From: Camelus ferus
Lineage: Eukaryota
Assembly (NCBI RefSeq): GCF_009834535.1
Contig: NC_045696.1
Coordinates: forward strand, 57,538,001-57,602,000
Length of the DNA: 64,000 bases
Direction: 5' to 3'
Part shown: positions 1-15,100 of the stretch, in pieces
Numbering within the stretch: position 1 is the stretch's first letter
Layout of the letters: each line of letters begins with the position of its first letter
Program-made: the position numbers and the translations under genes
Notes under the pieces: model-generated
What the model saw: the letters and a program-made list of their open reading frames with translations, nothing else
Database searches by the model: none
What the model was told of the DNA's origin: nothing

Positions 1-103
1 ATTACCTATCATGGTGACTTAAATAATTTTTCAGTGGAGCAATCTAATGGTTTAAATAGGGAAATATATCTCACAGCTGAACCATTGCCTTTTTGTTTCA
101 TAG

Positions 104-191
104 AAAATCTGTGGCTCCAACTATCCACTGAGTATTGCCTTCATTGTGGTGAATGAATTCTGTGAGCGATTTTCCTATTATGGCATGAAAG
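104..191 (+). CDS. SLC15A2: SLC15A2 exon 2
   Basis: catag|AAAATC...ATGAAAG|gtaggt; [29 protein letters not shown]. Confidence 0.96.
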
Positions 192-3100
192 GTAGGTAAT
201 TTTGTGTCCCAGAGTCCTGCTCTTCACTCTCATCCCATGTTTGTAACAACCTGGTCTTATATGCACTTATTTCCCTTATCCACTCTTTCTGCCTTCACCC
301 AATTGGTCCTTTTCTTTCACCAAAACCTCCAATAAATGCCTCATAGGATTTTACCTACTAACTTACACAGGCCAAGGACAGAAAGGCCTAATGGAAACCA
401 GAACACAGCCTATGAGAACGTAAGTGGAAAAACTCGCATTATCGGCATTCCATTCTTCATTTCTATTCTTCAGGTCTATGAACTATATTGCTGCTGAGAA
501 GGAGAAGGAAGGGATATTGAAACCCCATGTTCTTTGGGATTGGGCTAAATGATGCTCTGTACACATACACTAAAGGGAGGAATATTGCATTTATACACTA
601 TGCATAGCCCCATTCACTTTCCCCAAATCCAAAGTCGCTTCACTGATAGGAGTATTGAAGGTCAAGATCACCTTCAAAGACCAGATCAAATGTTCTCCCA
701 TAAGTCATTTTAATGCATCTATCTTGTTTTGTCTCCTTTTTTTTTTTTTTTTTTGCTTCAGCTGTGCTGACCCTGTATTTCCTGTATTTCCTGCATTGGA
801 GTGAAAACACTTCCACATCTGTATACCATGCCTTCAGCAGCCTCTGTTATTTCACTCCCATCCTGGGAGCAGCCATTGCTGACTCATGGCTGGGGAAATT
901 CAAGTAAGAACGATGGGAGGTCTCAACCCAAGAAGCTTCACAGATTAATTGTGCAGAGGCTATCACTTCTAGCCTCTTGCTTCCAAAGAAGAACATACTT
1001 ATGTCATCCATGACAAATAAGAATCTCTCTCAGACAACACAGAAAGGTTTTGTCTCTTCATTATCAGTTTTTCTAGTATTTTTACATCCTGTTCATTTGG
1101 GAGGGTTTTTTTTTTTCTTTTATCTAATTTTAATCCTCCATTTGGTAGTTTAAGACCAATTCTTGTTCTGATCTCAGGTGTGATAGCGATTGCTACTACC
1201 CACAAGAAAATTTATAATTCAGTGTAGTTATTTGGTATACTATCCATCTCTTCTCCAGATTGAGCCATCCTAACTCTTTTAGTATCTTCTTAGGTGTCTC
1301 TCTTTTCAGCTCTCTTGCCATCTCTGTTTCTCTTCTCTAACCTCCTTCTGTAGTTTCTTAAGACTATAGTAAGTATTTTCATGAATTAGACTAATGGTCT
1401 ATTCAGTTCAGTATCTTTTATGTCTCTGAAAATAGCACCAAGAGATGTCTATGGGATAATGTTATAGTTGTTCCCTACAACATCCTCCTCATAGGCTGGA
1501 GAAGGATCTTGGATACCCATCGCTCACTTATTTTCTACGGACTTGTCATTTATGGAATTGTCTAAATTAGCATTTCTCAAAGTGTTGAAAATTGGTTGTA
1601 TAGGATCGAATGAATATTATGTTGGAGCATAAAGCTCTCATGGTCAAATAAGTTTGAGAAATGCAGGGCTGAATAAAGCTAAAAAGGTTTCTTTACTGGA
1701 TGAATTCTTATAGACTTTAAAAAGCTAATTCACACTGTAAAATCGCCAAAAGAAGGTAAAGTACACAAATTCAGAAGTCTTAAATGTACAGCTGGATGAA
1801 TTTTTACATATGTATCACCATCACCTAGATCACTCTCCTTAGGGTCTTTGTAACCTTAGTACTTTCCTCTCTTGCCTTTAAATTCTTCCTCAGAGACAGT
1901 CTTTTCCTGTATCTAAAGCATGTGAAAATCTCTTGGTAACTTTAAACAAACAAAACTATTGTTAACCTTCCTTTGTGACCATTACCTCCAGATCTTACAA
2001 AGGTTTATTTATGTTTGTTACCATCCTTTCTCACTCTTCAGTATCACCCCTTAGGGCAGAGTAATATAATGCAATGCAATAGAGTCCAATTAAATTCAGT
2101 AAAAGTTTATTGAGTAAATTCTATTTGTCCAAAGAACCATGAGGGATAAAGTGATGAGTGAGACATAATACCTGCTTCACATTGCTCATGTTCAACTAGC
2201 TTTAATACAGAGCAGATTGTGGTAAGTACAAAAATGTATTATATGTTATCTTTTTATCCTGTTGAAATTCCTTTCTCTAAAATCACTGATAATGATCTCT
2301 TTGTTATCAAGTTCCAGAGGTCTTTTCTATATTCTTATTCACTCTGAACTTGTTTTAAAATTTCCGTCTGTTTATCACGCCTGTATTCTTGAAACTTCCT
2401 GGGCTTCTCTAGCACTGTATTTTCTGGTTCTTTTCTGCTTATTTTTTTGGATTCTTTCTTATTTGGCTTTCCTTTTGCCTTTGGCTTACTTCATTCTTTC
2501 CTGAATGTAGGCATTTCCCTGGTGTTTACCTTTGACCCTCTTCCCTTTCTCCAGATTCTCCCTCAGCAGGCCCTGAGGTGTCAATTTTAGCTCTATGCTG
2601 ATAGCTCCTTGAAATCTGTAATCCTATCCCTGGTATGCATTAAAACTGCACACTAGCAATTACACCTTATCCTCTCTCCTGGCTTCCCTATACTCCTACA
2701 TCCAATCAGTTCTCAAGTTCTACCTTACTTTTTCTATAATATCTGACACATTTATCCGTCTTCAACACTGAATCCCACTGCCATTAATTGCCACTACTCT
2801 AGCTTTGTTTTTCATTAGCCACTAAACTGGGCTATTGAAATGGACACCTAAAATGTTTTCATTGCTTTCTATATCCTTTTTTCACAACTGGGGCTATGCC
2901 CTACACCCAAATTAATCTACCTAAAAGAAATCCCTGTTCACATTACTACTCTGCTCAAAAATTTCTGCTGACTAACCCATTGTCTAATTAATCTCATCCC
3001 AACTTACCTTTCTGCTCTTATTGTCAAACTTACTCCCTTTCAAGAATGTTCACTAGAGAAAAATGGAATGCTAATATTTCCCTAATGATAGCCAGGCCAT

Positions 3101-6100
3101 TTTTTGTATGTCCATTTGCAGTTTCTACTTCATGGAATCTCCTTCCTTGCCAGCCTTCCACGTGCAAACTCTTTAAGGCTCAATTCAAATGTTACTTATG
3201 CTATGGGGTATTCTCTGCCCCTCACCTTTCACCACTAGCTGGAAGTAATCTAATATTCTCTGAACTCCTTGTTTTTTCACCCTTGTTTTTACTCTTTGCT
3301 TGGTAAATGTAACATTTAACAATTCTGTCTTATTAATAACTACCTGTATATGAATCTACTGTCTTCTTCCAAACACTTAGAAGACAAAATCTCCTTTATA
3401 TTTTTATCCAAAGCACCTAGAACAGTGCCTGGTACATAGCAGGCCCGCAATAAGTGTTTCAGTTAATAAATTTATCACTCTCAGATACTCAAATGTAAGC
3501 ACACGTCTGAGGGTAGGTGTGGGCAGGCATGAAGATGACTTTTATTTTGTAGTGAGTATTATGGTTGCTTTTTAAATAATAGAACTATTTTGGGGATGAA
3601 TTGGTATCTCTTTCAGAAAGGATGTGGGTTTGAGAAAACAGGAATAGCTTATGTGTGTATGTACAAGTTCACATGTACAAAGACAGTGATGACAGCAACA
3701 TAAGAAAATAAGTGTTTACAACTACCCTGCCATCATACTTTACCCTGCTTTCTTAGGCCGGAAAATCAGGAAAACAGCAGGTTTTGTCTTCACTCTCTTT
3801 TTTGATTTGAACCTATAGTCTTCTTTTCTTCATTAGCTAAAGGAAAAAGGGTGTAGATTAAATGTTTCAAACTAAAAGTTTTTCCTCACCTTTTCTGTGC
3901 TCCCCTGCATGAGTCTGCATCTATGTGTTTACTTTTCTTCAGATGTTATTTTCAGGATGAAAAACATCCTATAACGTTAGAAAGATTGTTCACACCTTCA
4001 AGGGTCAATTTTCTCAATTTAGTAAACAACTTCTATTAAAAGTTCTTCCTCTCTTTGTTGTCCCAGAACCATAGTTTTGTTCAGAGAAAATGGGCACCCA
4101 GGACCCCTGACTCTTATGTAAGGAACTCCCTGTATCAGGAGAGAAGTGAATCTTCCTCCTGGGCTACATGTAGGAAAGAGTAGCCAATAGATAGACAATA
4201 GAAAACAAAATTTATTAAGCATGGATACTGGCTTTTCATGATTTCTTTAAAAATCTACTAAGAGGGTTAATTATATGCTAGGTTGCTATTTTTGATGCTA
4301 AGTTACTTTTAAGAGAGAAAAACATTTTTAGTCATAGTCCCTAGTATTGGTTTTTATACCCTGTGACCCATCTCTATCAGTCTGGACGCTTGATCTTGGC
4401 AAGCCCTTAAAACCACTCTCTTCAATATGTTTGCTGCCAAATGTACTTTTGGATGTCCTTGCTACACTTTCCCTTTCTCTTTCTCCATGGGGCTCTGTCC
4501 CATGACCTTTCCCTCTCATATCTTTTTTATCTGGTCAGAGTTGACCCTCTTTATGCTAGGCCTCTTCCTTTGCCATCACTGCACATAGTCCTCTCAGCTC
4601 CTAAGCTCTAATTAAAAATGGCTCTGGATTTTGACATTCTTATTGTGAAATAAAACTGAAAACTTTTTCCTCTTCGCTTTCTTTTTTCCACATTAATTTG
4701 TTCATGATAGCGGGAAGGGTATAGCTCAGTGGTAGGGCATATGAGGGCATATGCTTAGCATGCACAAGGTCCTGGGTTCAAGTCAATCCCCAGTACCTCC
4801 ATTAAAAAAAAAAAAAAAAACTTGTTCATGATAAAGCTGAAGGAAAACTGGGCTGTAAGAAAGTAGAAGTTCTAGACCTAATTCTAACACTAATTAGAAT
4901 GTCACTTTAGAAATATCCTTTGACTTCTCTGGATTTCTCTTTTCCTTATTTGCAAATGGGAAGTCTGGTCTATCTAAAACAGTTCTGTGTCCTGTGGTTG
5001 GGATTATAATGACCCCAATGACTCCATTTCAAATGCAGAATTTTCAGGCCTCTTTTGACTGCTCTTTCCTTCTGTTAAAGTTTCCTGTCATTAGCTTCCT
5101 CTCTTACATTCTTCATATTCTAGACTAGTTCCCCAAATCCTTCACCTAGAAGGTTGCCTGTTTTCCTCCTAAGCCATCTACACTTCTCTCATTCATTTAG
5201 TCCAACTTCTCTCATTCATTTAGTCCAACAAGCTGGTATCGCTCTGATCTCCCTATTCAGACTCTATGCCTCCAGCTCAGAATTCTTTTATTTTTTCTCT
5301 GTGATGATTTAGCATAAATCATTTGTTTTCGGGTTCATAATAACTGGCCTTGTTTTAGTCCCTTTTTATTCTCTTTCTTTCTACTCATTTTTTAAATTCC
5401 AACAAAGAGAACTTTTCTCCAGAAGATACTACAAGGCTTTCTGGGAAAGCCTGCCCCCTCCCCTGGTATTAACTACCCCTGAAATAGTCATTCATCTTCT
5501 TATCCCCTGCTTGCCATTATAAACCCTGTAAGATCTATTCATCCTGAAGAGCCAACCTAGGAAGATTAAGTATTTAGAATGAGAAATCCGCTTTCTGAGA
5601 TTTCTGGCACCTCCAGCGTCTCTCCACTACCTCCTTTCCATTCTTTATATTCCATATTAGCATATATCACTTTAAAAATCACAGAAGTAAACTGTATAAT
5701 TTTCAAGGTTCCTTCTTATACTAATACCCTACTTATATGAGAAAGACTGCTGGTGTGGTCATACACATAAGGAGCATATTGTGTATGTGGTAGTGTGCCA
5801 CGTTTCAGTGTGTATATCTCTACATATGTTTTTACTGGAATTCCTCACTCTTCTACTCCCTATTTGCCATTCAGTTTTTTTTTTTTTTTTTTGAAAAACA
5901 ACACAAGAAGTCCCTACCAATGGCATGAGCTATATCACTGGACAGTCTATTCAAAGTCCCTGACTCCTTTTTTACCCTTGGTAATTTGTCCATGAGGAAA
6001 CTGTGTTAGGGACTGCAATTAACCCAAGAGTTCAAGACCAGACTGAACCTGTGAGCCCTTTACATCTCTGTATATCCCAGTGATTGTGTTTGGAGAAAGT

Positions 6101-9100
6101 TCTTTGTTTTAGCAATCCTTTTTTTTGATGTCTACATGACATTCTTCCTTGACCCTTATGGATTTTTAGAGCCAAAGACATTCCTTGGGGAAAAAATAAA
6201 TCAGGTCAAAGTACAAACACTGTCACTCACTACAAATCCATTTCTTGACATATTTCTACAAGATCAGGGAAATTCTGTGTATGTGTGGAGTAAGTGGGGG
6301 GAAAAGGAGAGAGCAGGTGTGAGAAATGTCCATTATCTCTAACACTAGAGGGTAAAGAGTTGCTGTCTACCTTTCTAGTCCATTTGCTTTGTTCACCATT
6401 ATTATTTCTATTTGTATTTCTCAGGTAATTCTTTCCTCTTCCACCCCTTTCTCCTTTCACTTCATTTATCCTGGCACTGAGAACAGTATGAACTCCTTGT
6501 TTGTATTACTCAAATCTCTAAATTCTGTTTGTAGACTGACTGGCTTAACTCTCTCAACAGGACAATCATCTATCTCTCCTTGGTGTATGTGCTTGGCCAT
6601 GTGATCAAATCCATGGGTGCCTTACCAATACTGGGGGGACCAGTGGTACACACGTGAGTAAAACCATGTAATAAACTGAACCACTTTTCTTCCATTGGAT
6701 AGGTAAATGTCTCACGCATTCTTTACAGATGTTTTTCTGTCTTCTTACCAGAGATGTCCCTTTTTTTTCCAACCCACTATTTTATTACAAAATTGGTTAA
6801 GAAGAAAAGATTGTGACCAGTTGAACTCTTTCCTGCTTTGTCTGAGCTCATTTGTTCTTATCAAACATTTGGGGACTTGTAGAATGCCTAGTTAGTATCC
6901 TTCTCATAAAAACTCTTCATATACTTGAAGACAATCATTAAAACCTTCATGCCGTCCATATTCCCTCACCTATTCACCTACCCATGCATTTTACTTTACT
7001 TGGGTTAAAAAAAATCTCTAATATTTGCTTATAATACGTTGTAGAATTTATATTCAAAGCTTGGATTATTTCCATTTATGTGTAGCTCTCCATATTCCAG
7101 TTGCTCTCTTCCTCTTTACTTAAGCTATTGACGTTATGATGCCAGAGCCTTTTGACAGATTCTCATGTCTCTTGCTGTAGTTAGTAGGGAGGGTTAGAGT
7201 TGTTCAAGAAGCAGATGATTAAAATTTTTTTTTAATTAAAAAAAAGCAGATCATATATATTCATGTTTATAATGTGCCTATATGTGCATTTTCCAAAGAG
7301 TTAAGAATTTTGTTTGAAATTTGATAAATATTAGATACCCCCTTACTGTCATTCCATCAAAAATTACTGTTGATTCTCCTATTAATTATGATTAATTTCA
7401 ACATTTTCTTTTGTGATTAGTAAAGATATATGGGATATGGGTTCATAAGGTCTTTCCATTGAAGTGTACCTTTGACTAAGACAAGATTCGGAACCAGTGT
7501 TTTACCTTTGGAGTTCCTGCAGTATCTGCTTCTATCTGTTGCACACAAAGGGCAAATGAAACTATCAGGGACAAAATCTTCCCGTGTAATGTATACTTTC
7601 TGGCAGAAGCTCAAGAGTTGTAAAGAATGTCATGGCCCCTGGTTCTCCCCTAGGAGTGAAAGCATGTGGAAAATGCCCACGGTATAGAAATGTGAAGGAG
7701 GTCCTTACCCTTGTGTACATTTTTTTCCACCTGTAGCTCTATATTCAATTTCTACAGTTGTGTTTAGTATCAATATGGTTAGTATTCTCACCTCTCTGTT
7801 TCAGAGTCCTATCAATGATTGGCTTGAGTCTGATAGCTTTGGGGACAGGAGGTATCAAACCCTGTGTGGCAGCTTTTGGTGGAGACCAGTTTGAAGAGAA
7901 ACATGTAAGAATTCTGTTATTTCTGTATTTTCAAAAATGTAGAACAGTCATTAAATAAGGTACCTGGCAGGTAGCCATTTGCCAAGATTGAAGTGATCCA
8001 CTAGTCAGATCATATCTGAGAAGTTGTGTTCAATGCCAGGTACTGGTCATTAATATGGAGAAAAATGGCCAGGATGGTAGATGGACTAAAGACACATATT
8101 ATGAAGAAAGGTTGATAGAAATGGATATATTTAACCTGGATAAGAAATAAAGAGAATATTATAGCTGTCCATAGATATTGGAAAGACGTCAGTAATTAAA
8201 CCAGAGATCAATGAGTAAAACTACAGGAAGTTAGCTTTTTGCTTGATGGGAAGAAAAACTTTAAATAATTAGAGTTGGAAGCAGTGAGTTTACTCTCATT
8301 TGAGGTATTTAAGAAGAAACATGGTGGTCTCTCTGGGGATGGGAGGTGATGAGTAGTGTAGAGGTGACTTAAGCATCTCTAGCTTTCAGATTCTGTGAAC
8401 AGGGAAAATGACCATTAAGAATAAAACAGATTGAGTTTCTATAGATGAATCTGTCTGGATGATCATTCCTTCTTTTCCTAAATACTATTCACTGTCAATG
8501 GGGGTGGGGGTGGGGGGAGACCTGGTATGAGTAAAGGTAAAAATGGGCCTGAATGAAGAGCAGTGACAACTAGACAAGGGAAATAGTCTATTCTTAGACC
8601 AGCCAACATTTCTAGCTTCTTCTTTTTCCTCTTAGTTTTCTTTTTTGTCTGTCTTCATGTATTATTCCCTCTTCTACAGCTATTTATCATGTTTCTGGTT
8701 TTTTCCTCTCTGTTATTCCTCTGTGTCCTGACTTCTGGTGTTTCTCTTACCCTTCAGACCATTTGAGTTATTTTATATTCTTTATCTGCCCGAAGATCCA
8801 TAGATCATAATTGCTTGCTGACTTTGGAGAAATAACCAACCTTTGGCAAGTGGGGTTCTATCCACAATAAACTGTACACATAGATGAGTGGAATAGGTTT
8901 AAATGAGGACTAGAAGAGGAAGCAAAACACACCATAAATAGAAAATGAAGATTGTATTAATGTGTCAGGAAAAGATCTGGGGTCCCAGAATAAAGCACAG
9001 AAGTTCCTAATGAATAAAGCATCAGCAACTTTACTTGCAGGTTGCTTCATTTGGTAACTACTCCACAAAGATATTTCAAAAACAGGACAGCCACTTCTAA

Positions 9101-12100
9101 GCTCACAGATTTCCTTTTATATTCTCTGACTGACTTCCCCATAAACACTGGGTAAATTACCCTGTTTGAGCAACAGTTTACTCCACTGTCCTATGTTCTG
9201 GTCCTATTCCTACCACATATTCCACAAAATCTGTTATTTAATTCAATTATTTATTCACTTAATTAATGCAGTCAGTAAATATTAAGTCTGTAATATAGGT
9301 CAGGTGCTATACTAGATAGTGAGGATTACAGAAAATAGTAAGATACAATTTGTGTCCTAAAGGAACTCTCAACCCACTGAAAGGAACAGACATTTAATGC
9401 AAATAAATTAATATTAGAATGGATATGTATAGAACACAGTAGTGGCATAGTCTGTAAGATAAGACGGTAAGATAAGATGATCATTTTTGCCAAGATAAAA
9501 GGGTAAAAGAATGTTAAAGATGTTTGTTGTAGGTTCTGAAAGAAAGATGGGGTCAGCCAGATATGTGTTAAAATATCTAATATAATATTCACATACCATG
9601 GAGGCAATATCTGAATCTGTCTCTGTGTATGTACCTCTCTGTTAGTCCGGACATGAGGGGTAGGAGCTTGGAGGCACATGGCACTGATGATTTGTCCTGT
9701 ATTTGTTTCTGTTTTGTTTTTTCAGGCAGAGGAACGGACTAGATACTTCTCAGTCTTCTACCTCTCCATCAATGCAGGGAGCTTGATTTCTACATTTGTC
9801 ACCCCCATGCTGAGAGGTTAGGATCTTGTCTGAGGGGCCTGAGGGCTTTATTCTGGCCCAGAAATCCCTTCAAGGCTTCCTCCTGTCCATCTTCTCCTTT
9901 TATAAGTGTTTGAAAATCTGAGAGAACTTCTTTTAATCCTGATTTGTCTGGCCCAAAAGAAGGATTATAGATCAGGTGATGGAAGGTCATGTCTATGACC
10001 TCAAAAACCTGAGCTGGCAGAATAGAACATCAAAGATTCGAGGTTCAGGATGGCTTTTTTTTTTTTCTTTAGGAGATATACAATGTTTTGGGAAAGACTG
10101 CTATGCGTTGGCTTTTGGAGTTCCAGGATTGCTTATGGTGATAGCTCTTGGTAAGTGCAGCAGGGCAGAGGAAACCAATAACCACTGATGCCTCCCACAT
10201 GTAAAGCATGATGTAAGCACTTTACACAAACTATTTCATTCAGTCCTCACACTAATATATTAGGTAAACATTATTGATATTGGCGATAAATTAACTTAAT
10301 AAAGTCAGAAACCTTAAAAAAAGAAAGTACCCAAGGTTATACAACTAATAAGAACTTTCTTAGAGAGCTTTAAGAAAGACTGATCCCTGGACCCCACGCA
10401 GGACCAATTAAATCAAGATTTATGGTGGGATAGGGCCTTGACATCTATAATTTTTTGAATATCTAGGTGATCCTAATGTGTAGTCAAATGTGCAGTCATA
10501 ATATGAGATGTACTGATATACACTATAATATGTAAGGAGGCAAGGAAAATAACTAATCCTTTCTCTCAAACTAGTTTATTTCATCTGATAGTTATTTATC
10601 TGGTAATTGGAAGATTTTTAAAACTCTTTGATTCTTTTCAAGTAGTTTCCAAGTTTAGCTATTTCTGCCCCGCTCTACAATGCTCCCAAGAAGTTTGCTC
10701 TTGAGCAAAGAGAATAAGAGGAGTTGGATAAGTAGGTGGAAACTGATGCAACTTAAATCAAGTGGCAGTCTCTTTACCGCCAAGAATCCAGCAATGGAGG
10801 AGGAAGGGGGATGTGTGTGTAGCTTAGTTTATACAGTCTAAGGGGAAACTTGGACATGATTGTTTCTAATCATTGACCTGGAAACCTGTTCTCACACTGG
10901 GCCTTTGGGTAGCACCTCCCCCTGGAAGATATCCAGTCCATGTATAAAGAGCTCAATAGAGGAAAAGGAGCCCAGGGACTCAATGTCCCATCTGATTATT
11001 TTCTACCAGGGAGAGGGGGCTCATAGTATTACTCAGACTGCAATTCCAGTTCTAAGGAGGTTTATGTGTTTTTCTAGGAGACCTGTGATAATACATTTTC
11101 TGCTTCCTTCTCCCTTAGAAGCTAAACATTTTCCTAAATATTTTCCTTGTTTTCTACTGATTAATACTGTGTCTCTTTCTCTGGATTACTGCATAATAAT
11201 AATATTTATAATACCAGAATGATTATGAAAATCAAAAGAGATGCTGAAATGTTGTATAAATTATGAAACATTAAACAAGTATTAGCTGTCATTAGTCAGC
11301 TGCTTCGGTTTTCAGGGTACTAATAACTCAATTCTCTGGCTTTTCCCTATAATTTAAAATATTCATTTGATTTATTTCACTCATTAATTCATTCAGCAAA
11401 CATTTGTTTAATGAACCTTCTGTGTGTCAGATTCTGTACTAGGTAGTGGTGTCACATTGGTGAGTTAGATAGCTACAGAATTCATGCTTTCAAAGAACTT
11501 ATATAGTCCAGCAGGAGGAGGTAGACAGACAAGTACACAGGGAGAACTTTCAGTACAGTATGATCAGTGTCACAAATGGGGAAACAGAGAAAGCTATAGG
11601 AACACACAGGAGGGATGTCTGACTAAGACTTTGAGGATCAGAAGAGGTTTGCCTAAAGAAATGATATCTAAGATAAAACCTAAAGGTTTAACAGCAGTTA
11701 ATCAAAGAAGAGATGGGGAAGTGAAACAGAAATAGGACATGGTATCTGTAACACAAGGAGATGAGAGATAGTATGACCTATTTGAAGGACTTAAAGGAAT
11801 TCAGATTGCCTGGGACAGAAATAAAAAAGATAAAGAGGAGAAATTGACAGAAACCAGATAATGAAGGACCGTTTACATCATAAGGAATTAGAACTTTATC
11901 AGGAGGATAGTGGAAAGGTACAAAAGGATTTCAAATAGTGGAATGTTAGATTTTTATTTTTCAATGGTATCTCTGACTATAATGTGGTAAAAGAATGGGT
12001 TAAAAGTGAGACATGGATATATTTGTCTTGATTACTGAATTTTTGGTACTCCCTTCAATTTTGTGCTCAAGGTGAGTGCCTCACTAAGCTCACCCTAGTT

Positions 12101-15100
12101 GGCCCTGGCAGAATTGACAAACTTGATATGATTAGATATATGAAACTGAAGGGGAAGATAAGCCAAGATTGAATGTAGGGTTGTGACTTGAGCAAACTGT
12201 TGAATGGGGGGGGGGGGGTCATTAATTGAGATAGTAAGGGAGAACAGGTTTGGTGCAATAATAATTAATTTAGTTTTGGACATGTCACATTTTAGATGTC
12301 CTTGGAACATCCAACTGGAGTATCAGACATTTATTTGGAAATACAGGTTTAGAGTTCAGAAAAAATGTTTGGGCTATAGAATAAGATCTAAAGCTGTTAG
12401 TATATGGATAGCAATTCAGTCATGAAAATAGATGGAATAACTAAGAGATAATAAGAGTCGGGTAAAAAGAGAGCAGGGATAGAATCCTGAGGTTTTTAAG
12501 AGACAAACAAAGAGGAAAAGCCCACAAATGAAACTAAGAAGGAGTGGCCGAACTCATGGTAGTTCTGTCTTGGATACCGAGAGGATTTCAAGAAGAGAAA
12601 CATTCAGAGTAACAAATATTACTGACTAGGAAAGTGAGACAGGGTAGAAAATGTCCATTAAATATAGTGACAACAAGGTCATTGATTTGGTGATGTCAGT
12701 TATGGTAGACTGGTAAAGATTCAAGACTAATTAGTGTCAACTGGGCAGTGAATAAGAGGTAAGAAAGGGAAAACAGTACCTATTTATAGCTGAAAGGTGA
12801 CATGGAACCGAGAGGATATTGCTTGAATATTATTAGGAAGACTCCAGCAGAGAAAGAAGTTAAAGATGTAAGAGAAGACAGTATAATCATTGTGAAAGCA
12901 CACATGGCAGAATTGCCTTTGTACAGGAGGAGGAGTCTCACCTTAACCTAAATGGAGGAAAGGATGGGTGGGGCAGGAAGTTGAGAGAGTTTTTATTTGA
13001 AGTCTTTTATTTTCTCTGTGAAGTGGGAGGCAACAATCCATACGAATGGGAGGAGATAGTAGGGAAATTCAAGGTCCCTACTCATCTTAAGTGGCTTTGA
13101 AATTTAAGTGTGACCTTGTCAAGTTCATCACCTGGCCTTTTATCACTCCACTGTCACTTTTTAGACCAGAATTCCTGAGAATTCCAGCCTCTTCCTAGAA
13201 AACTGAAGAAAAACAAGTTTCAGGAGCAGCCTATTTCTGATCCAAAATCTTCCTCTTGTCTAGACACCGCTTTATTTACCCAGTAGTCTCCCAGGTCTGG
13301 CATTCTTGCTCTGAACTATTTTTTTCTGTCAACAGTAAAAAGGCTTTGGTAAGTAAAGGGTACTATTTGGAGAAGCTTTGGGAAACTGAGAGGATAAATA
13401 AAGAAAAAGTGATAGAGTGAATCTGACTGAGAGGAATGCAGAAATCAGAAGGTTAAGATAGAGAAAAGTAAGATAAGTCAGGCATTCTGGTATGTAAGGA
13501 TATTGGAAAGTGCTACTGGTCACTGAGAAAGGCATCTCTGGTAGAAGATCTCTGAGAGGGGCATCTTGCTGGAGCTGGGAAACCCGTTCAAGAGGAAAGT
13601 ACATCTGGGAGGGTACCAAGATGGAGGTCTCCCACTGATTTTAATTACATTTAATAATCCTTTTTAAAAACTGTACTTTTTTATGATTAGAAAAGTAACA
13701 TCTCATTATTGGTAATTTGGAAAATAAAAGAAAAAACAAAATTAAATTCACCTATAGATAGCTGTGGTGATGTGGTTAAAGAATAAACAAGGGGGGTAAG
13801 GGAAAGAGAATGGGCTCAAGAATAGAAATAGTACAGAAAAGAAATTTTTGAGGGGATGATGAATAGTAGTTAGAGCACAGGGTACCTAATGGAGAGCAAA
13901 GAAGGTAAAGTGAACATAGTGGGTTGAGGGGAGCTCCACTGTAGACAATGGCCATGTCTTTTTTATCTTTATTCCCAGTAGTGTCTAGCATGGTGTGTAA
14001 TGCAAGAATGAATGAATGAGGTGCTTTATGGTGGTTAAGAGCGTAGATTTTTTTTTAACTGGAGGTACTGGAGATTGAACCCAGGGCCTTGTGCATGCTA
14101 AGTATACACTCTACCACTGAGCTACTACTCCCCCCCCCCACCCCCCGCCCCGCAAAGAGCATCGATTTTTGACTCAGACTGGCCTCAGGTCAAAAATGTA
14201 GTTTCTAGCTGTGAAATCTTGTACAAATTACTTAGTTTCTTTAATCTTAGATTTTTTCATGTATAGAATGGAGACAGTAATACACATTTTGTCAGGTTAA
14301 ATCAGTACTGTATGTAAAATGCATAACACTTTACATATATAATAAACCTTCAAGAGATGGTTAGTGATAACAATAACCACAGGATAATAATAAACTTGGG
14401 AAGGCTTTCCATGCCAGGAGTTTGGGCTTATTAAGTAGGTCCTAGAAAAAAGATTTTAATTTGGCATCAGATGAGAGAAGGAGAAGACACTAGGGAATGA
14501 GAAAGTAGTTGATGGCCCTTTTGATAATGTAGGGTGGAAATTGTGAGGTCCTAAACAGGAGTCATGGTGATGCAAAAAAGCGGGTAGAAGGGAAATACAC
14601 TGAAGACAGAGGATCAGTGAAAGCTGGTAATATATCAGATGTAGAGATGGAGAAAGAAGAGTGAGAATTCAGAGATGACTTCCGTTTCTGTGATTATAAG
14701 AGAATCTCAACAATGTTACTGTTCTCTTGGCTCCCATAGTTTTGTAACTCCAAAGTCAGGGAACGTAAGTCAGTTTCCTCCCTTTATGAGATTTTCCAGT
14801 CATTCCTACACTTCAGCAGTCTGTCTTTAGCATTGACATACTGAATGTGCTGAATGAGAAGCTAAGATCCTTGTTTGTGTATCAACTGCAGTTGTGTTTG
14901 CCGTGGGAAGCAAAATATACAAAAAACCACCTCCTGAAGGAAACATAGTGACTCAAGTTGTTAAATGTATCTGGGTAAGTCCATGAATCATTTACCTACC
15001 TTTCTCAATCAAAGGGAAAGAGATGGTGTGATGAGCATATAGGCCTTCAAACATGGATATACACCTTTCTCAATGATCTCTGTTCTACTTCTGTGCCTTT

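Noticed and set aside
4710..4800. tRNA-like sequences (A and B boxes) here and at five other sites as tRNA genes
   Set aside because: They have poly-A tails, TSDs, internal indels and no intact acceptor stem, so they are SINEs
6405..6430. AG|GT recursive splice motif (tttctcag|gtaatt) upstream of SLC15A2 exon 4
   Set aside because: The intron is only 5.7 kb and such motifs are frequent by chance; no supporting evidence
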